64,000 bases of DNA, taken from NCBI GenBank assembly GCA_963666285.1, contig OY762711.1; one strand, 5' to 3'. This DNA comes from Sedimentisphaerales bacterium. GTDB lineage: Bacteria > Planctomycetota > Phycisphaerae > Sedimentisphaerales > SM23-30. Under the pieces are notes generated by a model. That model was not told the origin of the DNA and did not search any database. It worked only from the letters and a program-made list of their open reading frames with translations. This document shows, one piece after another, positions 31,654 to 41,790 of this stretch. How positions within the stretch are numbered: the stretch's first letter is position 1; each line of letters starts with the position of its first letter. Both the position numbers and the translations under genes were made by a program.

Positions 31654-33333
31654 TCAGCTCCCGCCAAACAGCAGGAATAACCCCAGCGTTGTCAAAACAA
31701 CGGCAAATGTAATAACACCCACCAGGCCCAATATATCATTGACCGGTGCCGGTACTACTTTTTCAAAAGGCCTGTTAGCCGTATTCAAACCACTGGCAAC
31801 CGCCCTTTGAGCTGCGTTCATACCGCGACGTTTGGATTGAGCTTTCTCCTGGATCTGTGGTTCCTGTAATGGTACTTCGGCTACTGCTTCTTCCTTAGGC
31901 GATGTCTGTTCGGCCAATTCCTGCATGACAATATCTTCGGCTTCTTCATCTGAAGCTGAAACCTGGGCGGCAAAAGAAGGCTCTTTTTCTTCATCTTCAT
32001 TTACAATCTGATTCAGGTCTTTCATCTGCTGGTCAAGGTCTTCCAGAACCTCTTCAGCATTTGGTATACCAGAATCTTCTTCCATAGCCGCTGCCTCTTC
32101 GGCTGACACTTCTACCTCTTCAGCCTCCGGCACCTCGGCTGCTGGTTCTTCTGCTGCCGCCTCTTCCTGACCATCTTCTGCAAAGACATCCGCCAGCTCC
32201 TCTATTTGCTTTTCCAGGTCTCCGGCAATAGCATCTTTTTCTTCTTCTGCCTCAACCTCTGGCTCTGGCCCAGCCTCTGCTGCAGATTCTTCTATACTCT
32301 CTGCTGCCTGCTCTACTTCCAGGACAGACTCTTCTGCCGCTTCTGAAACAGCTTCCGGCTCTTCTTCGATAGCCTGAATCTCTTCGCTTTGATCTTTTTG
32401 GGCAAGCTCCGCCACTGCCTCATCAAAAGCATCTTCTTCGGAAGCAGGTGTTTCCTCTTCCTGGCTATCTTCTACCAGAGATTCCACTTCTCCTACAGAA
32501 TCCACATCTTCAGCGGCTTCCACAGCCTCTTCAGATTCTACAGGCGATACTGCTTCATCTACGACATTCTCCTTCTTCACCCCTTCTTTAGCTGACGCTT
32601 CTTCTGCGATATCTTCAATATCACTTTCACTTATCTCCTGTGCCAGTTTCGCCAGCACATCATCTACACTCTCTTCTTCTGCCGGTTTTTCTTCTGCGGC
32701 AGCCTCTTCCTTAGCTGCCTCAACTAAATCCTCGGCTTTTATCTCCGGCTCAACTTCAGTCTCAGCCTCAGGCTCTTCTATTGCTTCTAACTCTTCTACC
32801 CCTGCTTCAGCCTCAACTCCAGCCTCAGGCTCTTCTATTGCTTCTGGCTCTTCTACCACTGCTTCAACTTCAGCATCTGGTTTATTTGCAGTTTCTGGTT
32901 CTTCGCCAATGTCATCTATTTCTTTCAGCGCTTCACCATTAATTGCTTCAAGCTCAGCTGTCAGTTGTGCCAGCGGATCATCTTCTTCCGATTCCGCTTC
33001 TGATGTGTCTTGTCCCTCGGCTGAAATATCAGTATTTTCCTGCTGTGTATTATCGGACGCTCCCTCTGCTTCAAGCTCTTCCTCACCCGGAGTTTCTATA
33101 TCCTCACCGATACTTTCAAGTTCAGATGCCAGGCTGTCTAATACAGAATCTACATCATCAGCATCCTTTTTAGCTTCCAACTCGATATTTGATTCGTCGG
33201 TCGATGACTCAACATCATCACCAACCTCTCCTGACAGCTCGGATAGCGACTTTCCCGCGCTCTCCAGCAACTCATCGATATTGTCTGGAACGCCATCCTG
33301 ACTTTCCTGAATTTTTTTGTTTTCATCCGCCAT
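31654..33333 (-). CDS. extremely acidic low-complexity protein with C-terminal membrane anchor
   Basis: E/D/A-rich 559 aa; one C-terminal hydrophobic helix; 57-bp tandem repeat at 32763-32876. Confidence 0.85.
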   Translation of the reverse strand: MADENKKIQESQDGVPDNIDELLESAGKSLSELSGEVGDDVESSTDESNIELEAKKDADDVDSVLDSLASELESIGEDIETPGEEELEAEGASDNTQQENTDISAEGQDTSEAESEEDDPLAQLTAELEAINGEALKEIDDIGEEPETANKPDAEVEAVVEEPEAIEEPEAGVEAEAGVEELEAIEEPEAETEVEPEIKAEDLVEAAKEEAAAEEKPAEEESVDDVLAKLAQEISESDIEDIAEEASAKEGVKKENVVDEAVSPVESEEAVEAAEDVDSVGEVESLVEDSQEEETPASEEDAFDEAVAELAQKDQSEEIQAIEEEPEAVSEAAEESVLEVEQAAESIEESAAEAGPEPEVEAEEEKDAIAGDLEKQIEELADVFAEDGQEEAAAEEPAAEVPEAEEVEVSAEEAAAMEEDSGIPNAEEVLEDLDQQMKDLNQIVNEDEEKEPSFAAQVSASDEEAEDIVMQELAEQTSPKEEAVAEVPLQEPQIQEKAQSKRRGMNAAQRAVASGLNTANRPFEKVVPAPVNDILGLVGVITFAVVLTTLGLFLLFGGS

Positions 33334-33443
33334 TTTGTTACTTTCCGATTATTCGAAATACGGTTAAAATACACACTGGCTCTACCAGAGCAGTATTATG
33401 TATCGACAAAATCACAATCAACATAAACAGAGAAAGTAAAAAA

Positions 33444-34205
33444 TTGGAAAAAACCGCTAAAAACTGCATAAAAGGAACCAAATGGTTCCATTTTTGTCCT
33501 ATAACCAGCAATGTCATTGAAATCGAAGGTCCGGAATTCAAACATATTACAAAGGTTATGCGATTAAATCTGGAAGATTACGTGCAGATTTTTGACGGCA
33601 GCGGCACCATCGCAGCTGGTAAAATCACCGAAATTACCAAAAACTCTGTCAAGATTCTCCCGGAAAACATCGAAACTCTACCTGATACCAATGCCCAAAG
33701 TCCTATAATTATCGCTGCCAGCGTTGCCAAAAAAGACCGGTTTGAATGGCTTATCAGCAAATGCACCGAGCTGGGGGTTGACCACATATACCCGGTTATC
33801 TTCGAACGAACCGTAAAGCAGCCCGGCAACGAAAAAAAACTGATTGAAAGATATAAAACCCTCGCACTTAACGCAGCTAAACAGTGCCAACGGCTGTATC
33901 TGCCCATTATTGACTCCCCCGCTACCCTGGCCCAGACAATAAACAAAATAAAAGATAAACATCCAAATGCTTTACTAATTACAGGATCACTTGATGATTC
34001 TGCCGATTCAATAAGCAAAACCTTCCAAACTGATACCCCAATCGCTGCTTTGGTCGGCCCTGAAGGTGGCATGACCCCCGACGAAATCAATTTTCTTGAA
34101 ACTGTCGGATCATCTCCTGTTAAATTAACTGACTCTATTCTTCGGATTGAAACCGCGGCAATCGCTTTTGCCTCGATTTTGTGCACACTGAGAGACAGCA
34201 AATAA
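33444..34205 (+). CDS. rsmE: 16S rRNA m3U1498 methyltransferase
   Basis: HITKVMRL, KCTELGV, GPEGG and ILRIETAA motifs; likely TTG start at 33444. Confidence 0.93.
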   Translation: MEKTAKNCIKGTKWFHFCPITSNVIEIEGPEFKHITKVMRLNLEDYVQIFDGSGTIAAGKITEITKNSVKILPENIETLPDTNAQSPIIIAASVAKKDRFEWLISKCTELGVDHIYPVIFERTVKQPGNEKKLIERYKTLALNAAKQCQRLYLPIIDSPATLAQTINKIKDKHPNALLITGSLDDSADSISKTFQTDTPIAALVGPEGGMTPDEINFLETVGSSPVKLTDSILRIETAAIAFASILCTLRDSK

Positions 34206-34477
34206 TCACGCCCACCCGCCTGTAAAACTCATTGTTTAATAATTCCACGTTTTCCACAAACCTCTTTATTTTGCCGCAACATATCCATAACAACCTAAAA
34301 TCCAAAGACTTACAACATTTACTTACTTAATAAGATTTAAGATTATTCCCTAATAATAATATTTCTAGCTGAAATCATTAAGGATATAATAAAAAAACAA
34401 AATTATTGTCACATTTTTAAATCTAAATCAATTAGCTTAATAGACAGGCGAAATTCTAACCTTTCGCATTAAATGAG

Positions 34478-35008
34478 ATGGATCAGAATAATAACGATAA
34501 TAGATATAATTTGTTCCTGAAATTATTCATGGAACATCAGGGCAGGATATTAGGTTTTATCTTAAAACTTTTACCAAACTATTCTGCTGCCGAAGACATT
34601 CTTCAGGAAACAGCTTTGGTTTTGTGGGATAAATTCAGTACATTTGAAGAAAACACAAACTTCATGGCATGGGCTAAGCAGATTGCCAAAAACAAGGTAC
34701 TGGATTACATCAAAAAGAATAAAGTTCGTTCTATTGTTCAGTTTGATGCCGAAATAATACAAAACCTATCCGAAGAGGAAATCTCAAATTCCGCTGACGA
34801 TAAATACAGTGAAGCTTTACAGGAATGTGTTGGTAAACTGGAAAACAAAAGTAAAGAAGTTATAAGACTCAGATATATCGACAGGTTAAAGGTAAAGGAT
34901 ATCGCCAACAGGCTCGGACTTAGTGCAAACTCTTTATCAAAACATATTTCAAGGGTACACTTTCTGCTTAGAAAATGCATAGAAGACAAGATTTCAATGC
35001 AGGGATGA
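34478..35008 (+). CDS. ECF sigma-70 factor (Rhodopirellula/Verrucomicrobium type)
   Basis: AEDILQETALVLW and NFMAWAKQIA motifs; region 4. Confidence 0.92.
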   Translation: MDQNNNDNRYNLFLKLFMEHQGRILGFILKLLPNYSAAEDILQETALVLWDKFSTFEENTNFMAWAKQIAKNKVLDYIKKNKVRSIVQFDAEIIQNLSEEEISNSADDKYSEALQECVGKLENKSKEVIRLRYIDRLKVKDIANRLGLSANSLSKHISRVHFLLRKCIEDKISMQG

Positions 35009-35011
35009 CGT

Positions 35012-36739
35012 ATGGAAAACCAAACAGAAATCAGAATACATGAACTGGTATTCAAGTCAGTAGAAGGGATTATTACTGAACCGGAATGCCGCGAGCTTGA
35101 AACTATCGTCGCCAATAACATTCAAGCCAGGGATATTTATTCAAAATGCATTAAACTCAATATGAAAATGCTTAGCCTCAGGGAAAAATTCTCAGGCTCG
35201 TCTGATTTATCAATGATCGTTCATGACAGTAGCGATATTCATAGCCGGGGCGATAGTATCGACATATGCAATGAAATTCTTGATGTTCTCAGCGAAAAAG
35301 AAAACACTGCCCCTGCTGTTGATATAATTGAGGAACCGAAGAAACCTGTTATCGAAAAAGTCACGGTAAAACAGGTCGAGTCAAAACCGCACCTTTTTTA
35401 CCGTGTGTATAACGCTCTGGTTACTATTGCGGCTGTTTTTATGTTCCTCTTTATTGTTTATGCCAACATCTTTCCTCCTCAATATACAGAACCGGTGGCA
35501 ACTGTTACCGACCAGCTAAATGTTTCTTGGGATAAGAATTCTAAAAAGCTTAATATTGATGAGAGGATAATGACAAATCATCCTCCTTATATAATAGAAA
35601 AAGGCATCATTAGAATCTCATACGATCAAGGTGTTGAAGTCCTTATAGAGGGACCCGCTGAATTTGAAATCGAAAGAGCCGGCATATTCCTTGAATATGG
35701 CAAACTTTTCAGTAGTGTATCTGAAACCGGTCAGGGCTTTTCCGTCGATAGCCATTTTACCAGACTTGTTGACCTCGGAACAGAATTTGGCGTTGAAATC
35801 GACCGAAAAGGATCCTCTCAACTCCATGTTATAGATGGTAAAGTACAGTTTTATGCCGGAATTATTGGCGAAGATAAAGTCAGTAAAACGATCCATGAAT
35901 ATAATGCGGTTAGCTTCGATTCTACCAGCGGCAATGTCAGCTCCATACCTTTCAAGAAAGATGATTTCGTCCGACAGATCTGCTCTGATACCGGGATAAT
36001 CTGGAGAGGGCAAAACCGAATCGATCTGGCCGATATCGCTGGCGGTGGCAATGGATTCGGTACCGGAATGCTAGACTACGGGATTAACCATAAAGGTGAA
36101 ATCTGCAGGCTTAACCAAATAAATGTACAAAATAAAATTAAAGAATTTATTCAGATATCAGATAATCAATTTATCGATGGCATCTTTGTCCCGAACGGGC
36201 CAACCAAAATTGACTCAACAAACACAATCTTTTCGAATTTCGAATCTACTAATAACAGATTCTATATGGGTATTCTTAATGGTGCCTGGCATCAGCACAC
36301 AGATGATTCTGTTCCTCGCCATGCCCTGCGATTAGATGGCACAGAATGTGGAACCCTCGAAAAACCGGCTATATATATACATGCCAACCAGGGTATCACA
36401 TATGATCTGGACGCTATCCGCAAATACACAAAAATGAACATCGTACGATTTGTATCTAACTGTGGATTATCTGAATCTTATGGTGATTATACAGATGATA
36501 TATTAAAAGTAAGAAAAAAATTGATTGAAAAACCTAAAGCATCATTTTATGTCCTGGTAGATGGTCAGGAAAAGTTCCTTCGTAAAGATGCTACCTATCT
36601 TGATGGTACGGTAGAGATATCCGTTGATATCAGCCCGGATAATCGCTTTTTAACCCTGGCTACTACCCAGGGAAGCGATAATGGCAACGATGGCGACTGG
36701 ACTCTATTTGCTGAACCAGCCCTGGAACTCGCTAAATAA
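35012..36739 (+). CDS. FecR-like anti-sigma factor with C-terminal NPCBM-like carbohydrate-binding domain
   Basis: TM segment; EGPAEF and VDLGTEFGV motifs; IHANQGITYDL...GDWTLFAEP. Confidence 0.85.
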   Translation: MENQTEIRIHELVFKSVEGIITEPECRELETIVANNIQARDIYSKCIKLNMKMLSLREKFSGSSDLSMIVHDSSDIHSRGDSIDICNEILDVLSEKENTAPAVDIIEEPKKPVIEKVTVKQVESKPHLFYRVYNALVTIAAVFMFLFIVYANIFPPQYTEPVATVTDQLNVSWDKNSKKLNIDERIMTNHPPYIIEKGIIRISYDQGVEVLIEGPAEFEIERAGIFLEYGKLFSSVSETGQGFSVDSHFTRLVDLGTEFGVEIDRKGSSQLHVIDGKVQFYAGIIGEDKVSKTIHEYNAVSFDSTSGNVSSIPFKKDDFVRQICSDTGIIWRGQNRIDLADIAGGGNGFGTGMLDYGINHKGEICRLNQINVQNKIKEFIQISDNQFIDGIFVPNGPTKIDSTNTIFSNFESTNNRFYMGILNGAWHQHTDDSVPRHALRLDGTECGTLEKPAIYIHANQGITYDLDAIRKYTKMNIVRFVSNCGLSESYGDYTDDILKVRKKLIEKPKASFYVLVDGQEKFLRKDATYLDGTVEISVDISPDNRFLTLATTQGSDNGNDGDWTLFAEPALELAK

Positions 36740-36808
36740 AACATTGTTGGTTTTGTGTGTTCACAAAACTATAAAATATATTACTTAAATAAGTTTGGAG
36801 GTATTGAA

Positions 36809-39103
36809 ATGAAAAAACTGGTCACATTATTACTTTCTTGCATGCTTTGCTCAAGCACATTTGCAGCATCAAGTCCTTATCCCGTTGATTCGGACACTTT
36901 GCATTTATGGCATTTTGACGCACTGGCTAACGGTACTGTTTTGGATATGGTCGAATCCAATCCAAAAAACCTTACCCCTGCTAATGGATTAACTTTAACT
37001 GATTCACAAGCCGGCTTTGGAAATGCTGTCAATACTTATGACGGCGATGCTGTATCTCAGGTATACATCGGAGATTACGCTAATAAAATCCTTATCTCGG
37101 AATTATCTGGCACAGACGGTGCCTTTACCTTTGAAGCGATTGTCAAGCCTATGGTCGCCCAGGATGCTGTTCCACACCATATGGAAATCTTAACTCTTGA
37201 AGATGATGATGCTAACACCGAACGCGGGTTCCAATTCAGAATTAACGATAATGGCCAGCTCCGTTTCCAGACTATCGCAGGTATTATTGTCTCTTTTGAC
37301 GCAACTATTTCATTCACAGCCGACACCTGGTACCATGTTGCCGTAACTTATAACGGTCAGGAAAATACTGCCGACAACATCAAACTATACTGGACAGAAA
37401 TCGGTTCTGCCACATCTGCCCAGGAAGTAGGCTCTTACCAGCTCACCGAAGATCTGAAAAGTGATGTTTCCAGCTTTTTCTGCGTTGGTAATGAATTGAG
37501 AGCTAATGGTGGCTTTACAGAAAACTTCGAAGGTCTGGTAGATGAAGTTCGCATCAGTTCAATTGCTCGTTCTGCTGACGATATGTTGCCAATATCATCT
37601 ATCCCTTGGGCTAATAATCCTGCCCCGGTTCCCGGTGAAAAACTTGAAACCATGGACGCTATTTCTGAACTGCAGTGGAATACGGCTGAACTGGATAATG
37701 TCAGTCAACATTATTTATATATCTGCAAAGATGAACCGAATTTTGTCGATATTACTCCGGTAACAGTTACCGACCTTACCGACCCGATTACTGAGTCACT
37801 TCCAATCTCTCTTGAAAGTGATAGCCTGTACTTCTGGCGCGTCGATGAAAGTATCAGCAACTCTGCTCCTACTGACGCTGCTACCGTAACCGGTCCAATC
37901 TGGGTATTCGAAACTCCGCCTTCAATACCTATCATACTAAACGCTCCTGAAAGCCTGCGTGTTTTCGACTCTGAAGCTGCTGCTTCTCTGGCATGCAAAT
38001 TCTCAAGCTTATCTGAGCCAACTGTTCAATGGTACAAAGTTGGTGACACTAATCCATTATCTGCTGGCGGCAATATATCTATCAGCATATCACAGGACGG
38101 CAGCACATACACCTCCACACTTCAAATCGCTACACCTTCTATAAGCGATGAAGGTGAATATTACTGCGAAATCACTAATAGTGCTGATACGGTTTCTTCA
38201 GATAACGCATATCTGATCATCAAACGCCTGCTCGCTCAATATGACTTTGAAAACACCCTTGCACCAACCGCCGGTGAAGCTGATGCCCCAACTGGTATCG
38301 GCAAATCCATGGCCGGTCTGGTTGACCCTAACGAGCTGCAAGCTGCTGATATTACTCTGGATTTCGAAACTGGTTTTGACAGTCTCGGTCAGGCTGTTGT
38401 TATTGATGCTGATGAATTCATCGATTTCAGTACTGAAGGCTATCCAAAAGCCGGTGCTGTTGATGGCGGACTGGGCCTTGGTATGGACGCTGGTACATTT
38501 GTTTGCTGGATTAAACCGACTTCAATTGGAATTCTATATCAAAACTTCAACGATGGAAACGCAAGTGGCATAAGCGCTAGCCTGGAAGCAGATTCAAGTG
38601 CTCGTATCTATGTTAGAAGTGAGAATAATCATAATGTTGAAATTCTCGGCAAACCTGACAGACCTGAATATGACATCTTCGACGGCAACTGGCATATGTT
38701 CGCCTTTACCTGGGAAGCAGGAAAGACAAGTACGGTATACGTTGACGGTCAGCCGGTAGCATCTGGCAGCACTGCCAACAATACCCCATTTGCTCAATGG
38801 CAGTATTCTGTTCTGCTTGGTGCCGGTCGCCAGACTGCTAATCGCCAGTTCCTGCAGCCGGAATTTGCCGCTTCTGTTGACTATCTGAGAATATACAACT
38901 ACAAACTGGACGAAGAAACAAATGATGTCTTTGCCCAGGAATATCTTGACGCTACGGGTATTGTCCCTTGTCTGAATGTGAATTTTGATGGAGTTCAATA
39001 TAACTTTGATAATTCTGGTTCGTCTTATTGCCGGATAGATCTGGCTGACTTCGCTGTCTTTGCCGCTTCCTGGTTGGATGACGGTCTATTTGATGCCCAG
39101 TAA
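36809..39103 (+). CDS. secreted LamG/Ig/LamG protein with dockerin-like C-terminus
   Basis: WYHVAVT, DEVRIS, YFWRVDE, DEGEYYC; CRIDLADFAVFAASWL. Confidence 0.85.
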   Translation: MKKLVTLLLSCMLCSSTFAASSPYPVDSDTLHLWHFDALANGTVLDMVESNPKNLTPANGLTLTDSQAGFGNAVNTYDGDAVSQVYIGDYANKILISELSGTDGAFTFEAIVKPMVAQDAVPHHMEILTLEDDDANTERGFQFRINDNGQLRFQTIAGIIVSFDATISFTADTWYHVAVTYNGQENTADNIKLYWTEIGSATSAQEVGSYQLTEDLKSDVSSFFCVGNELRANGGFTENFEGLVDEVRISSIARSADDMLPISSIPWANNPAPVPGEKLETMDAISELQWNTAELDNVSQHYLYICKDEPNFVDITPVTVTDLTDPITESLPISLESDSLYFWRVDESISNSAPTDAATVTGPIWVFETPPSIPIILNAPESLRVFDSEAAASLACKFSSLSEPTVQWYKVGDTNPLSAGGNISISISQDGSTYTSTLQIATPSISDEGEYYCEITNSADTVSSDNAYLIIKRLLAQYDFENTLAPTAGEADAPTGIGKSMAGLVDPNELQAADITLDFETGFDSLGQAVVIDADEFIDFSTEGYPKAGAVDGGLGLGMDAGTFVCWIKPTSIGILYQNFNDGNASGISASLEADSSARIYVRSENNHNVEILGKPDRPEYDIFDGNWHMFAFTWEAGKTSTVYVDGQPVASGSTANNTPFAQWQYSVLLGAGRQTANRQFLQPEFAASVDYLRIYNYKLDEETNDVFAQEYLDATGIVPCLNVNFDGVQYNFDNSGSSYCRIDLADFAVFAASWLDDGLFDAQ

Positions 39104-39126
39104 TATATTATTAACATGTACACAAT

Positions 39127-39156
39127 ATGTCGGCTCACTTTACGGTGAGCCGGCAT
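39127..39156 (+). terminator. intercistronic hairpin
   Basis: ATGTCGGCTCAC-N6-GTGAGCCGGCAT. Confidence 0.6.
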
Positions 39157-39261
39157 ATTGATATTTAAACTAATACTGTTTTTTTGATAACTTGTGTATT
39201 TTACTTCCAGCAAGAGGTTTGCTGGAGTACACATATTAAAATCCCCTTCGGAGGTAAGAAA

Positions 39262-39987
39262 ATGAAGAAAGTTGTTTTATTTTTACTTGGTATGATTGCC
39301 GTAGCATCACAAGCTGCTGTTATCGATGATTTTAATGATACAGATCTATCCGAGTATACTATCAATTTTGTGCTCGACCATGCTGCTGGTTATTCAACCA
39401 CCTACTCATCACCTTCAGGAACCCTTCAGGCAACTAAAACTAATGATACATCGCCCGAACAAGTTACATTGTTACGTGATGATTACAGTCTCTCAATTGG
39501 TGATACACTTCGCATCGACACATCTGTAATCGCTGGCGGCTATATGGACTTTGGTCTTGCCGTAGCAAAATCAGCCGATCTTGCTGATGTTGTTGAAGGC
39601 GAAACTGGTGACGTTAGAGATGGATTCTTGACCATATATTTTAAGACAAGCTGGGGATCTATCGGATATGCAGGATGGGATAGCGGAAATATTGGTGGTA
39701 ATTCTGGTGCCGCCTCTCCAGCATATAGTGATGTAACAGGCCTTTACATTAGCCGTCTGAGTACATATGAGTTTGAAGCTGGATACTCTACTGCCAGTGG
39801 TGACTCTTCAGTTGTAACATGGACTTGCACTAACAGCGACATTGGAAATGCTGTTGGCTTTTATTCCGATCTAAGAACACAAGATGCTACAGTGGGTAAC
39901 TTTGACAATCTGACTATCGTTCCTGAACCGGCTACAATGGCATTATTAGGTCTGGGCGGATTAGTCGCTATTCGTAAACGTAAATAA
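39262..39987 (+). CDS. PEP-CTERM exosortase-target protein
   Basis: Signal peptide; VPEPATMALLGLGGLVAIRKRK. Confidence 0.93.
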   Translation: MKKVVLFLLGMIAVASQAAVIDDFNDTDLSEYTINFVLDHAAGYSTTYSSPSGTLQATKTNDTSPEQVTLLRDDYSLSIGDTLRIDTSVIAGGYMDFGLAVAKSADLADVVEGETGDVRDGFLTIYFKTSWGSIGYAGWDSGNIGGNSGAASPAYSDVTGLYISRLSTYEFEAGYSTASGDSSVVTWTCTNSDIGNAVGFYSDLRTQDATVGNFDNLTIVPEPATMALLGLGGLVAIRKRK

Positions 39988-40056
39988 TTAATTTTGATCG
40001 AATTATTACTATTGATCTGTTGTGGGCCTGGCATCAGGCTCACAACAGATATTTTT

Positions 40057-41637
40057 ATGATGAAAGAAAAGAGAAAATCTAAACAGATAAGATTCGCCTT
40101 TCCTGCTCTGTTTTTAACAGCTTATTTTTTGGCTGCTCTGAATTCTGCTCTCGCACAAATTAGCGTGGACAGGATCGGAGACTATCTTATCGATTCCGAA
40201 GCCTTTACTCTGGTTGGCGGCAATTATGGTACAAGCATTAATGGTCTGTCATTCCAGCAGGATATGGTTATCACCCACCTGAGCTGGCAGTATGTAGCTT
40301 ATTATAATGGAAGTCATCATGTCTGTATTGCTAGAAGGAAATTACCGACAACAAATTGGCAGATACTTGAACTGACCGATTATTACTTCGACAGCAATGA
40401 CGCCCATAATATAATCTCAATGGGTATTTGCCCCAATGACGGTACTATCCATCTGGCATTTGACCATCATGTACACCCTCTCCACTATAGAATTTCAAAC
40501 ATAAATACTGCTGCCGATCCAGATTCCACAACCTGGATACCTTCTGTCTTTGAAGCTACCAGAAACTATTTAGAGACAGGTAAAAGCGTTTCAGGGCTTA
40601 CCTATCCGCGGTTCTGGCAGACTCCAAATGGCAACCTTCAGATGAGTTACCGCTTCGGAGGTTCCGGCAGCGGCGATATGTACCTTGTCGATTATGATGG
40701 CAACACTCATTCATGGGGCAATACCAGGAAAATTATTGCTCGCAATGGTATTTATTCTGATTATCGGGATACCAGTTCATCCCGTAACCCGTATATGAAT
40801 GCCTTTACCTATGACGCTAACGGTCGCCTCCATGCAACCTGGTGCTGGCGTGAACAGACTCAATGGGCCAACCACGATATCCTTTATGCCTATAGCGATG
40901 ATGGCGGCTTCACCTGGTACAATAATAACGTCCCCTCCGGGGTCAAATTTGAAACCGGGACTGATACCGCTCAGACTTTGCTAAAACTGAATTACCCTGA
41001 AACTCAGCCCCAAATTATTGGGGCCTATACAGGCAATACCACCGATGACACCTGTATCAACCTTAATTCCAACGGGCTGATTGTCGTTCCTGTTAGTAGA
41101 GCTTACGGGCTTATGAACCAGCAGACTCAGGCTGTAGACCCATGGAACAGGCCCCACATAGTTATGTGGCATTGTACAGACGAAAGTTACCGGTATGCCG
41201 TTTCTCAAGGCATCAGCATTGGAGAGACTTGGGGGCCGGCCATTGCACGCAGGTACCATCATTACTGGCGCGATTCATATGGTAAATGGCAGCATAGAGA
41301 GTTACCGGAAGTCGCGGGAAACAGACCAAAACTTTTCATCAAAAGTAACGGAGATGCCTTTCTTGCTTATATCGCAGCTATGAATCCACTGCCTTCAGGT
41401 GCTGTCGGCAAATATTCAAGCGGCGACCTGGTAATTATGGCTGCTACCGCTGATACTGAGTGGACTGACTGGAAATATGTCATATCCGAAAGCGGACCTT
41501 TTGGCAACGAAGTACAAGGCGACTACCACAGGTTCAGGCTCGATGAAATTTTATCTGTAAACGTACAGGACAGACAAACCGATACTGATTACCTGACACC
41601 GCTTAGAATTATTGATTTTGATTGTAGTTTAAAATAA
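40057..41637 (+). CDS. BNR-4 repeat beta-propeller protein (candidate rhamnose/uronate polysaccharide lyase)
   Basis: FQQD, QYVAYY, DAHNIISMGI, HLAFDHH, TYPRF and SDDGGFTW motifs. Confidence 0.75.
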   Translation: MMKEKRKSKQIRFAFPALFLTAYFLAALNSALAQISVDRIGDYLIDSEAFTLVGGNYGTSINGLSFQQDMVITHLSWQYVAYYNGSHHVCIARRKLPTTNWQILELTDYYFDSNDAHNIISMGICPNDGTIHLAFDHHVHPLHYRISNINTAADPDSTTWIPSVFEATRNYLETGKSVSGLTYPRFWQTPNGNLQMSYRFGGSGSGDMYLVDYDGNTHSWGNTRKIIARNGIYSDYRDTSSSRNPYMNAFTYDANGRLHATWCWREQTQWANHDILYAYSDDGGFTWYNNNVPSGVKFETGTDTAQTLLKLNYPETQPQIIGAYTGNTTDDTCINLNSNGLIVVPVSRAYGLMNQQTQAVDPWNRPHIVMWHCTDESYRYAVSQGISIGETWGPAIARRYHHYWRDSYGKWQHRELPEVAGNRPKLFIKSNGDAFLAYIAAMNPLPSGAVGKYSSGDLVIMAATADTEWTDWKYVISESGPFGNEVQGDYHRFRLDEILSVNVQDRQTDTDYLTPLRIIDFDCSLK

Positions 41638-41657
41638 GAAATTACCCAAACATATAG

Positions 41658-41772
41658 GAGTTTACTTTCGTAATTTTTAAGTTTTTCATTCACAAGGCCC
41701 TGTTACGGCCTTTGCGTATAACGTTTAACAGTCAAAAGTGCGACATGCATATGATGCGAAGCATAAACCGCA
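41658..41772 (+). repeat. R1 remnant interrupted by repeat R2
   Basis: R1 left part, then GTTTTTCA...GGCCCTGTTACGGCCTTTGCG (also at 50073-50145), then GCATAAACCGC. Confidence 0.6.
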
Positions 41773-41790
41773 CTGGGAGATAGAAAAGAA

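Noticed and set aside
33189..33443. N-terminal extension of RsmE in the ORF track
   Set aside because: Overlaps the divergent acidic-protein gene; the plausible start is near 33444.
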